Source of the DNA: Pseudomonadota bacterium
Lineage (GTDB): Bacteria; Pseudomonadota; Gammaproteobacteria; QQUJ01
Length of the DNA stretch: 64,000 bases
Reading direction: 5' to 3'
NCBI GenBank assembly: GCA_008501635.1
Contig: QQUJ01000025.1
Span: forward strand, 32,196 to 96,195
The notes beneath the pieces were generated by a model, which saw only the letters and a program-made list of their open reading frames with translations, had not been told where the DNA came from and searched no databases. This document shows, piece by piece, positions 9,866 through 19,885 of the stretch. Position 1 is the first letter of the stretch. Each line of letters opens with the position of its first letter. A program made the translations under genes and the position numbers.

Positions 9866-11131
9866 ATGAGCGAAACGCACGCCCACGCCGCCAACTGCTG
9901 TGACGATATGCCCAAAGGCACATTGACCGTCGATCAGGCGCTCGAGCGCATTCAGAGTGCCGTGCCGCTGGTATCGGGCATCGAGCGCGTCGCGATCCGC
10001 GAGGCGCTGGGGCGGGTGCTGGCGGTGGATGTGCACTCGGCGGTGGATGTCCCCTCCCACACCAACTCGGCGATGGACGGCTACGCGGTCAACTCGGCCG
10101 ATCTGCCCGGTGAGGGCGAGGCAAAACTGAAGGTGATCGGCACCTCGTGGGCCGGTCGCCCCTATACCGGCACGGTAGGCCGTGGCGAGTGCGCGCGTAT
10201 CTTCACCGGTGCGGCCATGCCGGATGGAACCGACACCGTGCTGATGCAGGAGGCCGTAGAGCGCGACGACGATACCATTCGTCTTCTGGCGCGCCATAAA
10301 GCGGGCGAGAACGTGCGTCACGCCGGTGAGGATCTCGCCCAGGGCGGCCTGGTACTGGAGGCGGGTCATTGGATACGCCCCGCCGACATCGGCGTGCTCG
10401 CCTCGGTGGGCGTTCCCGAGGTCAACGTGCGCCGGCGCCTGCGCGTCGCCTTCTTCTCCACCGGCGATGAGTTGCGCTCCATCGGCGAGCCTCTGGGCAA
10501 AGGCGAGATCTACGACTCCAACCGCTACACGATTTACGGAATGTTAAAGCGCCTCGGCGTCGAAATGATCGATATGGGCGTAATCCGCGACGACCGCGAT
10601 GCCACGCGTCAGGCGTTCAAGGATGCCGCTGCCATCGCCGACGTGGTGATAACTTCAGGTGGTGTCTCGGTGGGCGAAGCCGATTTCGTCAAGGAGACGC
10701 TCGACGAACTGGGCAAGGTGGATTTCTGGAAGATTGCCATGAAGCCCGGCAAACCGCTGGCCTTCGGTTTCGTCGACGGTGCGGTTTTCTTCGGATTGCC
10801 CGGCAATCCGGTATCGGTCATGGTCACCTTCTACCAGTTCGCGCTTCCCGCCATGAAAAGCATGATGGGCTGCCGCGAGACCTTTACCCCGACCTTCCGT
10901 CTGCCGCTGGTGGATAGTCTGAGGAAAGGCAAAGGCCGCACCGAATTCCAGCGCGGCATCCTTGAACGCGACGCCAGCGGCCAGCCGGTGGTGCGCACCA
11001 CCGGCGAACAGGGATCGGGTATCCTCAGTTCCATGAGCCGCGGCAACTGCTTTATCATCCTGCCGCGCGACAGCGAAGGCGCACAGCCGGGGGATATCGT
11101 CGAGGTGCAGCCGTTTGATGGGATTGTTTGA
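9866..11131 (+). CDS. moeA: Molybdopterin molybdotransferase
   Basis: NSAMDGYAV, STGDEL, ITSGGVSVGEAD, MKPGKP, LPGNPVS. Confidence 0.96.
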   Translation: MSETHAHAANCCDDMPKGTLTVDQALERIQSAVPLVSGIERVAIREALGRVLAVDVHSAVDVPSHTNSAMDGYAVNSADLPGEGEAKLKVIGTSWAGRPYTGTVGRGECARIFTGAAMPDGTDTVLMQEAVERDDDTIRLLARHKAGENVRHAGEDLAQGGLVLEAGHWIRPADIGVLASVGVPEVNVRRRLRVAFFSTGDELRSIGEPLGKGEIYDSNRYTIYGMLKRLGVEMIDMGVIRDDRDATRQAFKDAAAIADVVITSGGVSVGEADFVKETLDELGKVDFWKIAMKPGKPLAFGFVDGAVFFGLPGNPVSVMVTFYQFALPAMKSMMGCRETFTPTFRLPLVDSLRKGKGRTEFQRGILERDASGQPVVRTTGEQGSGILSSMSRGNCFIILPRDSEGAQPGDIVEVQPFDGIV

Positions 11132-11143
11132 CAATCACTTTTT

Positions 11144-11282
11144 AACCACAAAGTACACGAAGTGAGTTCCGCTGCCACTGGCGGCATTCAGCCGGAGTAA
11201 AGACTGAAATTTCGCCCTCCCTTTTTGGTATTGAAATTTTGTTGTGTTTTAACTTCGTGAACTTTGTGTACTTAGTGGTAAC
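11144..11282. repeat. Intergenic palindromic element built from 9-bp CACGAAG-type units
   Basis: Left arm AACCACAAAGTACACGAAGT (11144-11163) is the inverted counterpart of right arm ACTTCGTGAACTTTGTGTACTTAGTGGTA (11252-11280). Confidence 0.7.
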
Positions 11283-11303
11283 CGCTTTTCGCCTTTGAGC
11301 CCG

Positions 11304-14300
11304 ATGTCCAACTCCGCATATATCTCGGTCTTCGAACCCCGCCTCCCCAGCAAACCCGGTCAACGCCTGACCTGGGGCCGGCTGCCGGGTGCCAGTTCGG
11401 CACTCGTGATCGCCACCGCCGCACAACGCCACGACGGCCTGGTGCTGGCGCTGGTCGATGACGCGGCGAGCGTCGATCGGCTGGAGGCGGAACTGCGTGT
11501 CTTTGTCGACGATCTTCCGATTCTCGCCTTCCCGGACTGGGAGACACTGCCCTACGACGTCTTCTCGCCACATCCCGATATCGTTTCGCGACGCCTGTGG
11601 ACGCTGAGCCGCTTGCCCACGCTGGCGCGGGGCATACTGGTGGTCTCGGTCAACAACCTGTTGCATCGCCTCGCCCCGCCGAGCTACCTGGCAGGTGCCA
11701 GCCTGCTCCTGGATGCAGGCGATACCCTCGATATCGACGTGATGCGCAGCCGGCTGGAGGCGAGCGGCTATCACTGCGTACCCCAGGTGGTGGAGCACGG
11801 CGATTTCGCAGTGCGTGGCTCGCTGCTCGACCTCTACCCCACGGGTGCCGAACTTCCCTACCGCATCGATCTGTTCGACGACGAAGTGGAATCGATTCGC
11901 ACCTTCGATCCTGAGACCCAGCGGTCACTGGAGAAGGTGACAAAGGTAGAGCTGCTGCCGGCACGCGAGTTCCCCTTCACCGAGGCGGCGATCCGCCAGT
12001 TCCGTCAGGCGTGGCGCAGTGCCTTCGAGGGCGACCCGCAGCGCAGTCAGATCTATCGCGAGGTGAGCAACGGCATCACCCCCGGCGGGCTGGAGTATTA
12101 CCTGCCGCTGTTCTTCGAAACGACCGCCAGTCTGTTCGACTATCTGCCCGTTCACACCCTGCTGGTGGGACCGCAGGGGCTGTTCGACTATGCCCAGACG
12201 TTCTGGAGCGAACTGGAGACCCGCTACGAGCAGCGCCGTCACGATATCGAGCGCCCGCTGCTGCCACCTCGCCAGCTGTTCGTCGAGGTCGATGAGCTGC
12301 GTCATCACTGCAAGCGCTTTCCGCGGGTCGCCGAGCAGTCCTTCGAGGCGACCGATACCGCGGCGGTGAACTTCGCCGCCAGCGCCCCACCGGCGTTGGC
12401 GCTGCAGCCGCGTGCCGCGCGTCCCGCCGGGATGCTGCAGGATTTCATCGCCGGCTTTGAAGGCCGCACCCTGTTTGCAGCCGAGTCGCCCGGGCGCCGC
12501 GAGGTGTTGCGTGACATGCTGCGCGATTGGGGAATCAACGCCGCGTCGGTGGAAGGCTGGCACGAGTTTCTCGCCAGCACCGAAGCAGTGGCCCTGACCG
12601 TAGCGCCGCTGGAACGCGGTCTGTTGCTGGAGTCCCCGCGCCTGGCGGTGATTGCCGAGTCGCAGATCTTCGGCGAGCGCGCCGCTCAGCCGCGTCGCCG
12701 CCGCGACAGACAGCGCGATACCGATGCCATCGTCCGCAATCTCACCGAATTGCAGCTCGGCGCCCCGGTGGTGCATGAGGAGCATGGCGTCGGCCGCTAC
12801 CTGGGATTGGAAAGCCTCACCGCCGGCGGCATGGAGGGAGAATTCCTGAAGCTCGAGTACGCGGCTGGCGACAAACTCTACGTGCCGGTGGCCTCGCTGC
12901 ATCTCATCAGCCGCTATACTGGATCGGCGCCGGAATCCGCGCCGCTGCACAGACTCGGCAGCGAACAATGGGCCAGGGCCAAGCGCAAAGCGGCGGAGCA
13001 GGTGCGCGATGTGGCCGTCGAACTGCTTGATCTCTACGCCCGGCGTGCCACCAGCAAGGGCCATGCGCTGCACCCCGCGACCGACGAGTACGCGCAGTTC
13101 GCCGCCGCCTTCCCGTTCGAGGAGACGCCCGATCAGCAGAGCACCATCGACGCGGTACTCGAGGATCTGCAGAAGGATCTGCCCATGGACCGGGTGGTGT
13201 GCGGCGATGTGGGATTCGGCAAGACCGAGGTGGCGTTGCGCGCCGCCTTCATGGCGGCCACCGCCGGCAGGCAGGTGGCGGTGCTGGTGCCTACCACGCT
13301 TCTCGCCCAGCAGCATCACAACAACTTCAATGACCGCTTCGCCGACTGGCCGATCCGTATCGAGGTGCTGTCGCGTTTCAAATCCAGGAAACAGCAGGAT
13401 GCAGTGATGGAGGAGCTGGCCACCGGTAAAGTGGATATCGTGATCGGCACCCACAAGCTGCTGCAGAAAGGCGTGAAATTCAAAAACCTCGGGTTGGTCA
13501 TCATCGACGAGGAGCACCGCTTCGGCGTGCGCCAGAAAGAGGTCTTTAAGAACCTGCGCGCCGATGTGCACGTCTTGACGCTCACCGCAACTCCCATCCC
13601 ACGCACTTTGAACATGGCGCTCTCGGGACTGCGCGATCTGTCGCTGATCAGCACCCCACCGGCACGCCGCACCGCGATCAAGACCTTCGTCGGCGAGTGG
13701 AACGATGGCTTGTTGCAGGAGGCCTGTCTGCGTGAGATCAAACGCGGCGGTCAGGTCTACTTCGTCCACAACCGGGTGGAGAGCATCGACAAGACTGCGC
13801 AGCGCGTCGAGAAGCTCATACCGCAGGCGACACTGCGTGTGGCTCACGGCCAGATGCGCGAAAGCGAATTGGAGCGCATCATGCTCGACTTCTACCACCG
13901 GCGTTTCAACATCCTGGTCTGCACCACCATCATCGAGAGCGGCATCGATGTCCCTACCGCCAACACCATCGTCATCGATCGCGCCGACCGTCTCGGCCTG
14001 GCCCAGCTGCACCAGTTGCGCGGGCGCGTGGGCCGCTCGCACCACCGGGCCTACGCCTATCTGGTCACGCCCCCGCTCCGTTCCTTGACCGCCGATGCCA
14101 TCAAACGACTGGAGGCGATCGAATCTTTGGAAGACCTGGGCGCGGGCTTCATGCTGGCCAGCCACGACCTGGAGATCCGTGGTGCCGGCGAACTGCTCGG
14201 TGAAGAACAGAGCGGCCAGATGCACGAGGTGGGCTTCACCCTCTACATGGAGATGCTGGAGCGTGCGGTCACGGCGCTCAAATCCGGCCGACAGCCGGAG

Positions 14301-14768
14301 TTGGAACAACCGCTGCACCGCGGCGCGGAAGTCGATCTTGGTATGCCGGCGCTGATCCCCGAGGACTACCTGCCTGACGTGCACACCCGACTGGTGCTCT
14401 ACAAACGCATCGCCAGCGCCGAAGACGCGGACGAATTGCGCGAACTGCAGGTCGAGATGATCGACCGCTTCGGCCTCCTGCCCGAACCCTTGAAACGGCT
14501 CTTCGAGGTCACACGCCTCAAGCTCAAGGCCCAGGAGTTGGGCATCACCAAGATCGAGTCCAGCGCCAACGGCGGGCGCTTCAGTTTTGTGGAGCAGCCC
14601 GATATCGACCCGCAGCGTGTGATCCAGCTCATTCAAACCCGGCCCGATGTGTATAAAATGGACGCCCAGCAACGGCTGCGTTTCAACCAGGACCTGGCCG
14701 ATCCAGCGGCCCGTGTGAAGGTCATCGATGAATTGCTCGACACCTTGGCCCGGAAAGCCGCGGCGTAG
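11304..14768 (+). CDS. mfd: Transcription-repair coupling factor
   Basis: FPDWETLPYD, CarD-like domain, CGDVGFGKTEV, DEEH, QLRGRVGR, TRCF C-terminus. Confidence 0.98.
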   Translation: MSNSAYISVFEPRLPSKPGQRLTWGRLPGASSALVIATAAQRHDGLVLALVDDAASVDRLEAELRVFVDDLPILAFPDWETLPYDVFSPHPDIVSRRLWTLSRLPTLARGILVVSVNNLLHRLAPPSYLAGASLLLDAGDTLDIDVMRSRLEASGYHCVPQVVEHGDFAVRGSLLDLYPTGAELPYRIDLFDDEVESIRTFDPETQRSLEKVTKVELLPAREFPFTEAAIRQFRQAWRSAFEGDPQRSQIYREVSNGITPGGLEYYLPLFFETTASLFDYLPVHTLLVGPQGLFDYAQTFWSELETRYEQRRHDIERPLLPPRQLFVEVDELRHHCKRFPRVAEQSFEATDTAAVNFAASAPPALALQPRAARPAGMLQDFIAGFEGRTLFAAESPGRREVLRDMLRDWGINAASVEGWHEFLASTEAVALTVAPLERGLLLESPRLAVIAESQIFGERAAQPRRRRDRQRDTDAIVRNLTELQLGAPVVHEEHGVGRYLGLESLTAGGMEGEFLKLEYAAGDKLYVPVASLHLISRYTGSAPESAPLHRLGSEQWARAKRKAAEQVRDVAVELLDLYARRATSKGHALHPATDEYAQFAAAFPFEETPDQQSTIDAVLEDLQKDLPMDRVVCGDVGFGKTEVALRAAFMAATAGRQVAVLVPTTLLAQQHHNNFNDRFADWPIRIEVLSRFKSRKQQDAVMEELATGKVDIVIGTHKLLQKGVKFKNLGLVIIDEEHRFGVRQKEVFKNLRADVHVLTLTATPIPRTLNMALSGLRDLSLISTPPARRTAIKTFVGEWNDGLLQEACLREIKRGGQVYFVHNRVESIDKTAQRVEKLIPQATLRVAHGQMRESELERIMLDFYHRRFNILVCTTIIESGIDVPTANTIVIDRADRLGLAQLHQLRGRVGRSHHRAYAYLVTPPLRSLTADAIKRLEAIESLEDLGAGFMLASHDLEIRGAGELLGEEQSGQMHEVGFTLYMEMLERAVTALKSGRQPELEQPLHRGAEVDLGMPALIPEDYLPDVHTRLVLYKRIASAEDADELRELQVEMIDRFGLLPEPLKRLFEVTRLKLKAQELGITKIESSANGGRFSFVEQPDIDPQRVIQLIQTRPDVYKMDAQQRLRFNQDLADPAARVKVIDELLDTLARKAAA

Positions 14769-14784
14769 TTGGCACGGAACCGAA

Positions 14785-15762
14785 ATGCCTATGACTCGAC
14801 GACTCACGCTGATCTTCATCACCTGCCTGGCATCGTTGTCGGCCCTGGCCCAGGGGGCCGATCCGCGCTGGTATCAGGTCGAAATTGTACTGTTTCTCAA
14901 TGAAACCGCGGGTAAGGTGAGCCGCGAAGATTGGTCACGCGATCCTGGTACGCCCGACCTCCAAGACGCAGTGACGCTACAACCCATCCCCGAAGCGGCC
15001 GCAGGATTGATGCCGTTTCAGATCCTCACTGCCGATGAACTGGAGCTGGGTTCCGCGGTTGAGAAATTGCACCGATCCGGTCACTACAAACCGTTGCTGC
15101 ATACCGGTTGGCGCCAGCCGGTCGAAGAGAATCAGGTCGTCTTCCCGCCGGTTCTGATCGATGCGCCTTTGGCGGTGCCACCGGAGAAAAATATCGCCGA
15201 AAAAGCGGTGGAAGCTCAGTCTACCGATACGCACCAGGCACCGGCATTGGCCGACCCGGCCATTGCCCAACCCATTCCTCTGGCACCCGTTGCCGCGTCG
15301 ATCGAACTCCAGCCTCCCGAACCCAAGGCCGGTATAGAAGGATTCATCCGATTGCGTGTCGCACGGTTCCTGCACCTGGATGTGGATCTGGTTTACCGCA
15401 AAGAGCTGCCGCTGCTGCCGGAGATGATGCAGACGCCCAATGCCGCGGGTAGCGGCGCGCTGCTCACCAGCGACAGCACTTCCCGGGAGACGCCGCAACA
15501 GCCTTTTGTTTCGGGATTGATGGCCGATTTTCTGGGTCTGACCAAGACCTTCTTCCAGCCCTATCGGTTGACCGAACAGCGCCGCATGCGTCGCGATGAA
15601 CTGCACTACATCGATCATCCCTACTTCGGTGTGTTGGCCAAGGTTTCCGCCTACGAACTGCCGGCTGCGGAAAACGTACCGGCTGTTCCCGTGGCGCAAC
15701 CCGCGCCGCTGCCGCTACCGGTTACCAACCCCGGAAAAGCAACCGCAAAACCACTGCGCTGA
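14785..15762 (+). CDS. csiV: CsiV-family peptidoglycan-binding protein
   Basis: RWYQVEIVLF, YKPLLHTGWRQP, RRMRRDELHYIDHPYFGVL; usual position downstream of mfd. Confidence 0.85.
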   Translation: MPMTRRLTLIFITCLASLSALAQGADPRWYQVEIVLFLNETAGKVSREDWSRDPGTPDLQDAVTLQPIPEAAAGLMPFQILTADELELGSAVEKLHRSGHYKPLLHTGWRQPVEENQVVFPPVLIDAPLAVPPEKNIAEKAVEAQSTDTHQAPALADPAIAQPIPLAPVAASIELQPPEPKAGIEGFIRLRVARFLHLDVDLVYRKELPLLPEMMQTPNAAGSGALLTSDSTSRETPQQPFVSGLMADFLGLTKTFFQPYRLTEQRRMRRDELHYIDHPYFGVLAKVSAYELPAAENVPAVPVAQPAPLPLPVTNPGKATAKPLR

Positions 15763-15882
15763 ATACACCTTTCAACATCGAGCCACACAAAGCTTACGAA
15801 CCCAACCCGCTCCGGTGGCGTTCACCGGCCGCACAACGCCGGTCGATTTGTCGTAGATGGGTGTCTGCTCTTGAAACAGGCA

Positions 15883-15919
15883 GTTTTAACTTCGTGTACT
15901 TGGTGCACTTCGTGGTAAC
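15883..15919. repeat. Second copy of the 9-bp-unit element (right arm)
   Basis: GTTTTAACTTCGTGTACTTGGTGCACTTCGTGGTAAC matches 11246-11282 at 33/37 positions. Confidence 0.75.
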
Positions 15920-15933
15920 AAGCGCCTTTTCGC

Positions 15934-16674
15934 TCACAATATCGGAATCACTGCGCCCAGCAATTTCTTCACCTTCTCCATGCCCGATTTCAGGTTGAGG
16001 TCGATCTCTTCCATGGTGATCGTGCCCGGCGCGCGTCCCGCCGCCCAGTTGGCCACCACTGCACAGGTGGCGTACTCCAACTTCAGTTCGCGGGCAAGCG
16101 CGGCTTCCGGCATGCCGGTCATGCCGACGATGTCGCAGCCATCACCTTCCAGACGGTTGATTTCGGCAGCACTCTCCAGCCGTGGCCCCTGCGTGGCGCC
16201 GTAGGTGCCGTTCTCAACGGCATTGATGCCTGCTTCCCGTGCGCTGGCGATCAACGCCCGGCGTAGCGATTCGGTGTAGGGGTAGGTGAAGTCGATATGG
16301 GTCACCTCGGAGAGGTCGGTTTCGAAAAAGGTGCTCTGCCGACCCCAGGTGTAATCGATAATCTGATTGGGGAAGACAATCTGGCCGGGCGCCATGTCCG
16401 AACGGATACCTCCAACCGCCGCCACCGCGATAATGCACTTTACGCCGATGTGCTTCAACGCCCAGAGATTGGCGCGGAAATTCACCTTGTGCGGCGGAAT
16501 GGTATGCCCCGACCCGTGACGCGGCAGAAACACCACCTCGTGTCCCTGCAGCACGCCGCTGCGCAGCGCCGCGGACGGTGGCCCGTAAGGGGTGCTCACC
16601 ACCTCTTTGCCCGTCAGCTCGATATTGCTGAGCGAGGTGAGTCCCGTACCGCCAATTATCGCGATTTCCGCCAT
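15934..16674 (-). CDS. S-methyl-5'-thioinosine/thioadenosine phosphorylase
   Basis: IAIIGGTG, FLPRHG, QGPRLESAAE, VGMTGMPEA; mfd-csiV neighbourhood as in Pseudomonas. Confidence 0.92.
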   Translation of the reverse strand: MAEIAIIGGTGLTSLSNIELTGKEVVSTPYGPPSAALRSGVLQGHEVVFLPRHGSGHTIPPHKVNFRANLWALKHIGVKCIIAVAAVGGIRSDMAPGQIVFPNQIIDYTWGRQSTFFETDLSEVTHIDFTYPYTESLRRALIASAREAGINAVENGTYGATQGPRLESAAEINRLEGDGCDIVGMTGMPEAALARELKLEYATCAVVANWAAGRAPGTITMEEIDLNLKSGMEKVKKLLGAVIPIL

Positions 16675-16689
16675 TGCAAATACCCGCCT

Positions 16690-17244
16690 TTAGCTTTCGC
16701 GCAGGGCATAAATGCCTGCGGCACTGCGAAGATAACCCTTGTAGTCCATGCCGTAACCAAACACATACCGATCGGGGACTTCGAGCCCGGCATAGTCAAC
16801 GGTGCTGTCGGCCGGCCTACGATCGTGCATTTTCATCACTAAAGCGGCACTGCGCACCTCGGCGGCCCCCTCCTGGCGCAGATAATCGACAATCGCTCTG
16901 AGTGTCAGTCCTTCGTCGAGAATGTCGTCCACCACCAGGATGCAGCGGTCGCGGACCGCCATGCTGGGACGCGTGATCCAGTAGAGATCGCCACCGCGCG
17001 TTCCGCCACGATAGCGCGTTGCATGAAGATAGTCATACTGAAAGGGGAACTGCAGTCGCTCAATCAGCTTGGCGGCCGGCAGTAATCCGCCCAACATCAC
17101 GCACAACACCAGCGGATCGCGGTCCTGCAGATCGCGCGTGACGGCAGCGGCCATGCGATCGAGGGCAGCTTCGACCTGGTCGCGAGTGAAGAGGCAATCG
17201 GCGTTCGCTGCAATCTGACGCACTTCCTCCACTTTGAGACTCAT
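16690..17244 (-). CDS. hpt: Hypoxanthine-guanine phosphoribosyltransferase
   Basis: ILVVDDILDEGLTL PRPP loop, VPDRYVFGYGMDY. Confidence 0.92.
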   Translation of the reverse strand: MSLKVEEVRQIAANADCLFTRDQVEAALDRMAAAVTRDLQDRDPLVLCVMLGGLLPAAKLIERLQFPFQYDYLHATRYRGGTRGGDLYWITRPSMAVRDRCILVVDDILDEGLTLRAIVDYLRQEGAAEVRSAALVMKMHDRRPADSTVDYAGLEVPDRYVFGYGMDYKGYLRSAAGIYALRES

Positions 17245-17295
17245 CCGCATGCTCCCCTGTCGCTACCCGCAAAGCGGCTGATTATAGAGGCCGAA

Positions 17296-17763
17296 TCAGG
17301 GTGAGGCTATGTCACTCGATAATCGATAAAGGTGCGCAGGACAGCCGCACCTGCAATCCGTTGCTCCGAATCCGGCTATGGGTACGCTGGTGCCAGGTGC
17401 CGCCGCCAACGTGAGGGAAAGTTCGCACTCATCGCCTTGCGGCACCAGATCAACGGCGACCACGCGTGCATGGCGATGCATTAACAGTGCATCGATATGC
17501 CAGTGCCCTCCGCATGACTGGCCGCTCGCGACACGTAGGTGGCGTGCCACCCGCTGGTGCAGTCCGCGCCGGGCACTACCCAGGTAACAGTACCGGCCAG
17601 GCGCCAGACGCAGCCGCCCCAGGCACCCGGGAGTGATGCAAGCCGGACGTGAAAGCGCGACGATCAATCGATAGGCGCCGCTGTTGAGGGAGTACGCCTG
17701 ATCGCCAGGACGGCTGTTGCCGTTTCCGGCCAGCGTGAACTCAGGTGGGAAAATCCTCTGCAT
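17296..17763 (-). CDS. DUF123 / GIY-YIG (Uri-type) nuclease-like protein
   Basis: GAYRL, GRYCYLGSA, HWHIDALL, GFGATDCRCGCPAHL; start uncertain. Confidence 0.75.
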   Translation of the reverse strand: MQRIFPPEFTLAGNGNSRPGDQAYSLNSGAYRLIVALSRPACITPGCLGRLRLAPGRYCYLGSARRGLHQRVARHLRVASGQSCGGHWHIDALLMHRHARVVAVDLVPQGDECELSLTLAAAPGTSVPIAGFGATDCRCGCPAHLYRLSSDIASP

Positions 17764-18148
17764 AGCGTTCGATCCATTCCGCGGCGGCCTGTTCACCGCT
17801 CAACCGGCGCCCCTCCGTGGCCAGCACCTCGCGCTTGTAGTGCTCGATGTGGCAGGCTTGCTCGACCATGCGCACCGCGAAGCCGGTCTCTTCGTCGGCA
17901 AAACGCACCCCGATGTCATGACCACTGTCAGCTGGACGGCACCACACCACCGTGCCCTCCGCTCGGAAGGGCGGCCCATGCAGCGCAATCGTGATGGACA
18001 ATACAGTACCGGGCGGCAGGGGTTCGCGGGCATGGAAACAGAGCCCGCCATGACCGATATCGCGCAACGGCTGTTGTCTGCTCGCTGTCTGATCAGTGAG
18101 CTGAAAGTGCAGCGGTATGTCGGTAGGGTGTCTGAGATATTGGCGCAT
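17741..18148 (-). CDS. PilZ-domain (c-di-GMP-binding) protein
   Basis: RQYLRHP (RxxxR) and DIGHGG (DxSxxG-like) motifs, GTVVWCR, IGVRF. Confidence 0.85.
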   Translation of the reverse strand: MRQYLRHPTDIPLHFQLTDQTASRQQPLRDIGHGGLCFHAREPLPPGTVLSITIALHGPPFRAEGTVVWCRPADSGHDIGVRFADEETGFAVRMVEQACHIEHYKREVLATEGRRLSGEQAAAEWIERYAEDFPT

Positions 18149-18240
18149 CGGGATCGGGGCGGATCCCTCCACCCACTCCTGCGACCAAGGTTAACCCGGT
18201 TTGGCCATCAATGACTACGGCGGAGAGGAGCAACCGTAAC

Positions 18241-18606
18241 TCAGTGCTCGCCCTTGGTCTTGCGTATGCCCGCCAGCCGATTGCCCTGTTTCTGTGGGCC
18301 ACCGAGTGGAAACATGTCGTGCAGGTAGCGGTTCGTCCCGAACTCCGGGCCCCACGCCTCCTGAAAATGCTTGATCATCACCCGTACCTGCGCCTGCACA
18401 CCGTGTTTTTGATAGTAATCACGGATATAGCGAATGACATCCCAGTGACGTTCGCTGAGCTCCACGCCTTCCTGCGCCGCCAGCGCTTCGGCAAATCCCT
18501 CGCTCCATTCACTCATATCCTGGATATAACCCTCGGAGTCGGTCAGCACTTCGCGGCCATCGACGTGCACGGCACCGGTTTTATGGGCGTAGGGGTTGGT
18601 CTTCAA
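18241..18606 (-). CDS. DsrC/TusE-family protein lacking cysteines (RspA-like)
   Basis: TDSEGY, EWSEGFA, HWDVI, LHDMFPLGGPQKQGNRLAG; no Cys in the whole protein; TTG start with AGGAGA RBS. Confidence 0.85.
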   Translation of the reverse strand: MKTNPYAHKTGAVHVDGREVLTDSEGYIQDMSEWSEGFAEALAAQEGVELSERHWDVIRYIRDYYQKHGVQAQVRVMIKHFQEAWGPEFGTNRYLHDMFPLGGPQKQGNRLAGIRKTKGEH

Positions 18607-18787
18607 ATCACTATCTCCTGTATTGTGGTGACACAGCGGTCACTATGGGAAGCACACTGTCGCGGTTGAATACCACCGAGTGGCTATCACTCTAGTTATA
18701 TCCACCCCCTGAGCAGGCAGTGAAAACGCATAATCCGCACCGGGCGTGGGGGTAATTCCGTTGCAGGGATTCTGTGCCGGTCTACGA

Positions 18788-19885
18788 TCAGCGGCTCGCA
18801 ACCTGGCACCCATCCCCGTCTGCCAATGCCCCTGTTGCGAAAAACCGCTGCAATCGCTGTTTGAATGGTTGAAGATCGAAACCGTTTTTCTCCAGCCAAC
18901 GCGTATCGTAATAGGTATCCCGATAACGTTCACCACTGTCGCAGATCAAGGTTACCACGCTGCCCGACTGACGTTGGCGGTGCATCCCGGCGATGATATG
19001 GAAAGCCGCGTATAGGTTGGTGCCGGTCGAGCCCCCGCAGCGCCGGTTGAGCAGCCCCTGCAACGCGTGAATGGTGGCCAGCGATGCTGCGTCCGGCACT
19101 TTGATCATGCGATCAACCACCGACGCGACGAACGACGCTTCGACTCGCGGCCGCCCTATGCCTTCGATACGCGAAGTGGTGGTGATATGCACATCGCGAT
19201 CGGGGTGCTGATAGTGTTCATAGAAGACCGAGTTCTCGGGATCGGCCACGCACAGGCGTGTCTCGTGACAGCGGTAGCGCAGATAGCGGCCTATCGTTGC
19301 CGAGGTGCCGCCAGTGCCCGCGCTCATGACAATCCAACGCGGCATCGGATGCGGCTCCGCCGCCATCTGACTGAAGATCGATTCGGTGATGTTGTTGTTG
19401 CCGCGCCAATCGGTGGCGCGTTCGGCATAGGTGAACTGATCCATGTAATGCCCGCCCAATTGCTCAGCGAGGTGGCTTGCTTCGCTGTAGATCTCTGCCG
19501 GTTGCACAAAATGGCACTCGCCGCCGTAGAACTGGATCTGTTCGATTTTTTCTCTTGAAGTACCTTCCGGTACGACAGCGATGAAGCGCAGATCGAGCAG
19601 CCGCGCAAAATAGGCCTCCGACACCGCGGTGCTGCCCGACGATGCTTCGATGACCGGTGTTCCACGATGAATCCAGCCATTGCACAAGCCGTAGAGATAG
19701 AGCGAACGCGCCAGGCGATGTTTGAGGCTACCCGTTGGATGTACCGATTCGTCCTTGAGGTAGAGTTGTATATCCGGCGTGGACGGCAGATCGAGCCGAA
19801 TGAGATGGGTGTCGGCCGAGCGCGTGAAATCGGCCTCGATACGGCGAATCGCCTCCGTCACCCAGCGTCGATCGGCCTCACTCAC
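18788..19885 (-). CDS. PLP-dependent cysteine synthase family, Cds1-like L-cysteine desulfhydrase
   Basis: [51 protein letters not shown]. Confidence 0.85.
   Translation of the reverse strand: MSEADRRWVTEAIRRIEADFTRSADTHLIRLDLPSTPDIQLYLKDESVHPTGSLKHRLARSLYLYGLCNGWIHRGTPVIEASSGSTAVSEAYFARLLDLRFIAVVPEGTSREKIEQIQFYGGECHFVQPAEIYSEASHLAEQLGGHYMDQFTYAERATDWRGNNNITESIFSQMAAEPHPMPRWIVMSAGTGGTSATIGRYLRYRCHETRLCVADPENSVFYEHYQHPDRDVHITTTSRIEGIGRPRVEASFVASVVDRMIKVPDAASLATIHALQGLLNRRCGGSTGTNLYAAFHIIAGMHRQRQSGSVVTLICDSGERYRDTYYDTRWLEKNGFDLQPFKQRLQRFFATGALADGDGCQVASR

Noticed and set aside
14770-14784. TGGCAC before csiV as a sigma54 promoter
   Set aside because: The -12 element reads CGAA, not TTGC
11925-14822. 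965-aa minus-strand ORF
   Set aside because: Antisense shadow of mfd; no motifs; typical of high-GC coding regions. The same applies to many other overlapping ORFs in the track.
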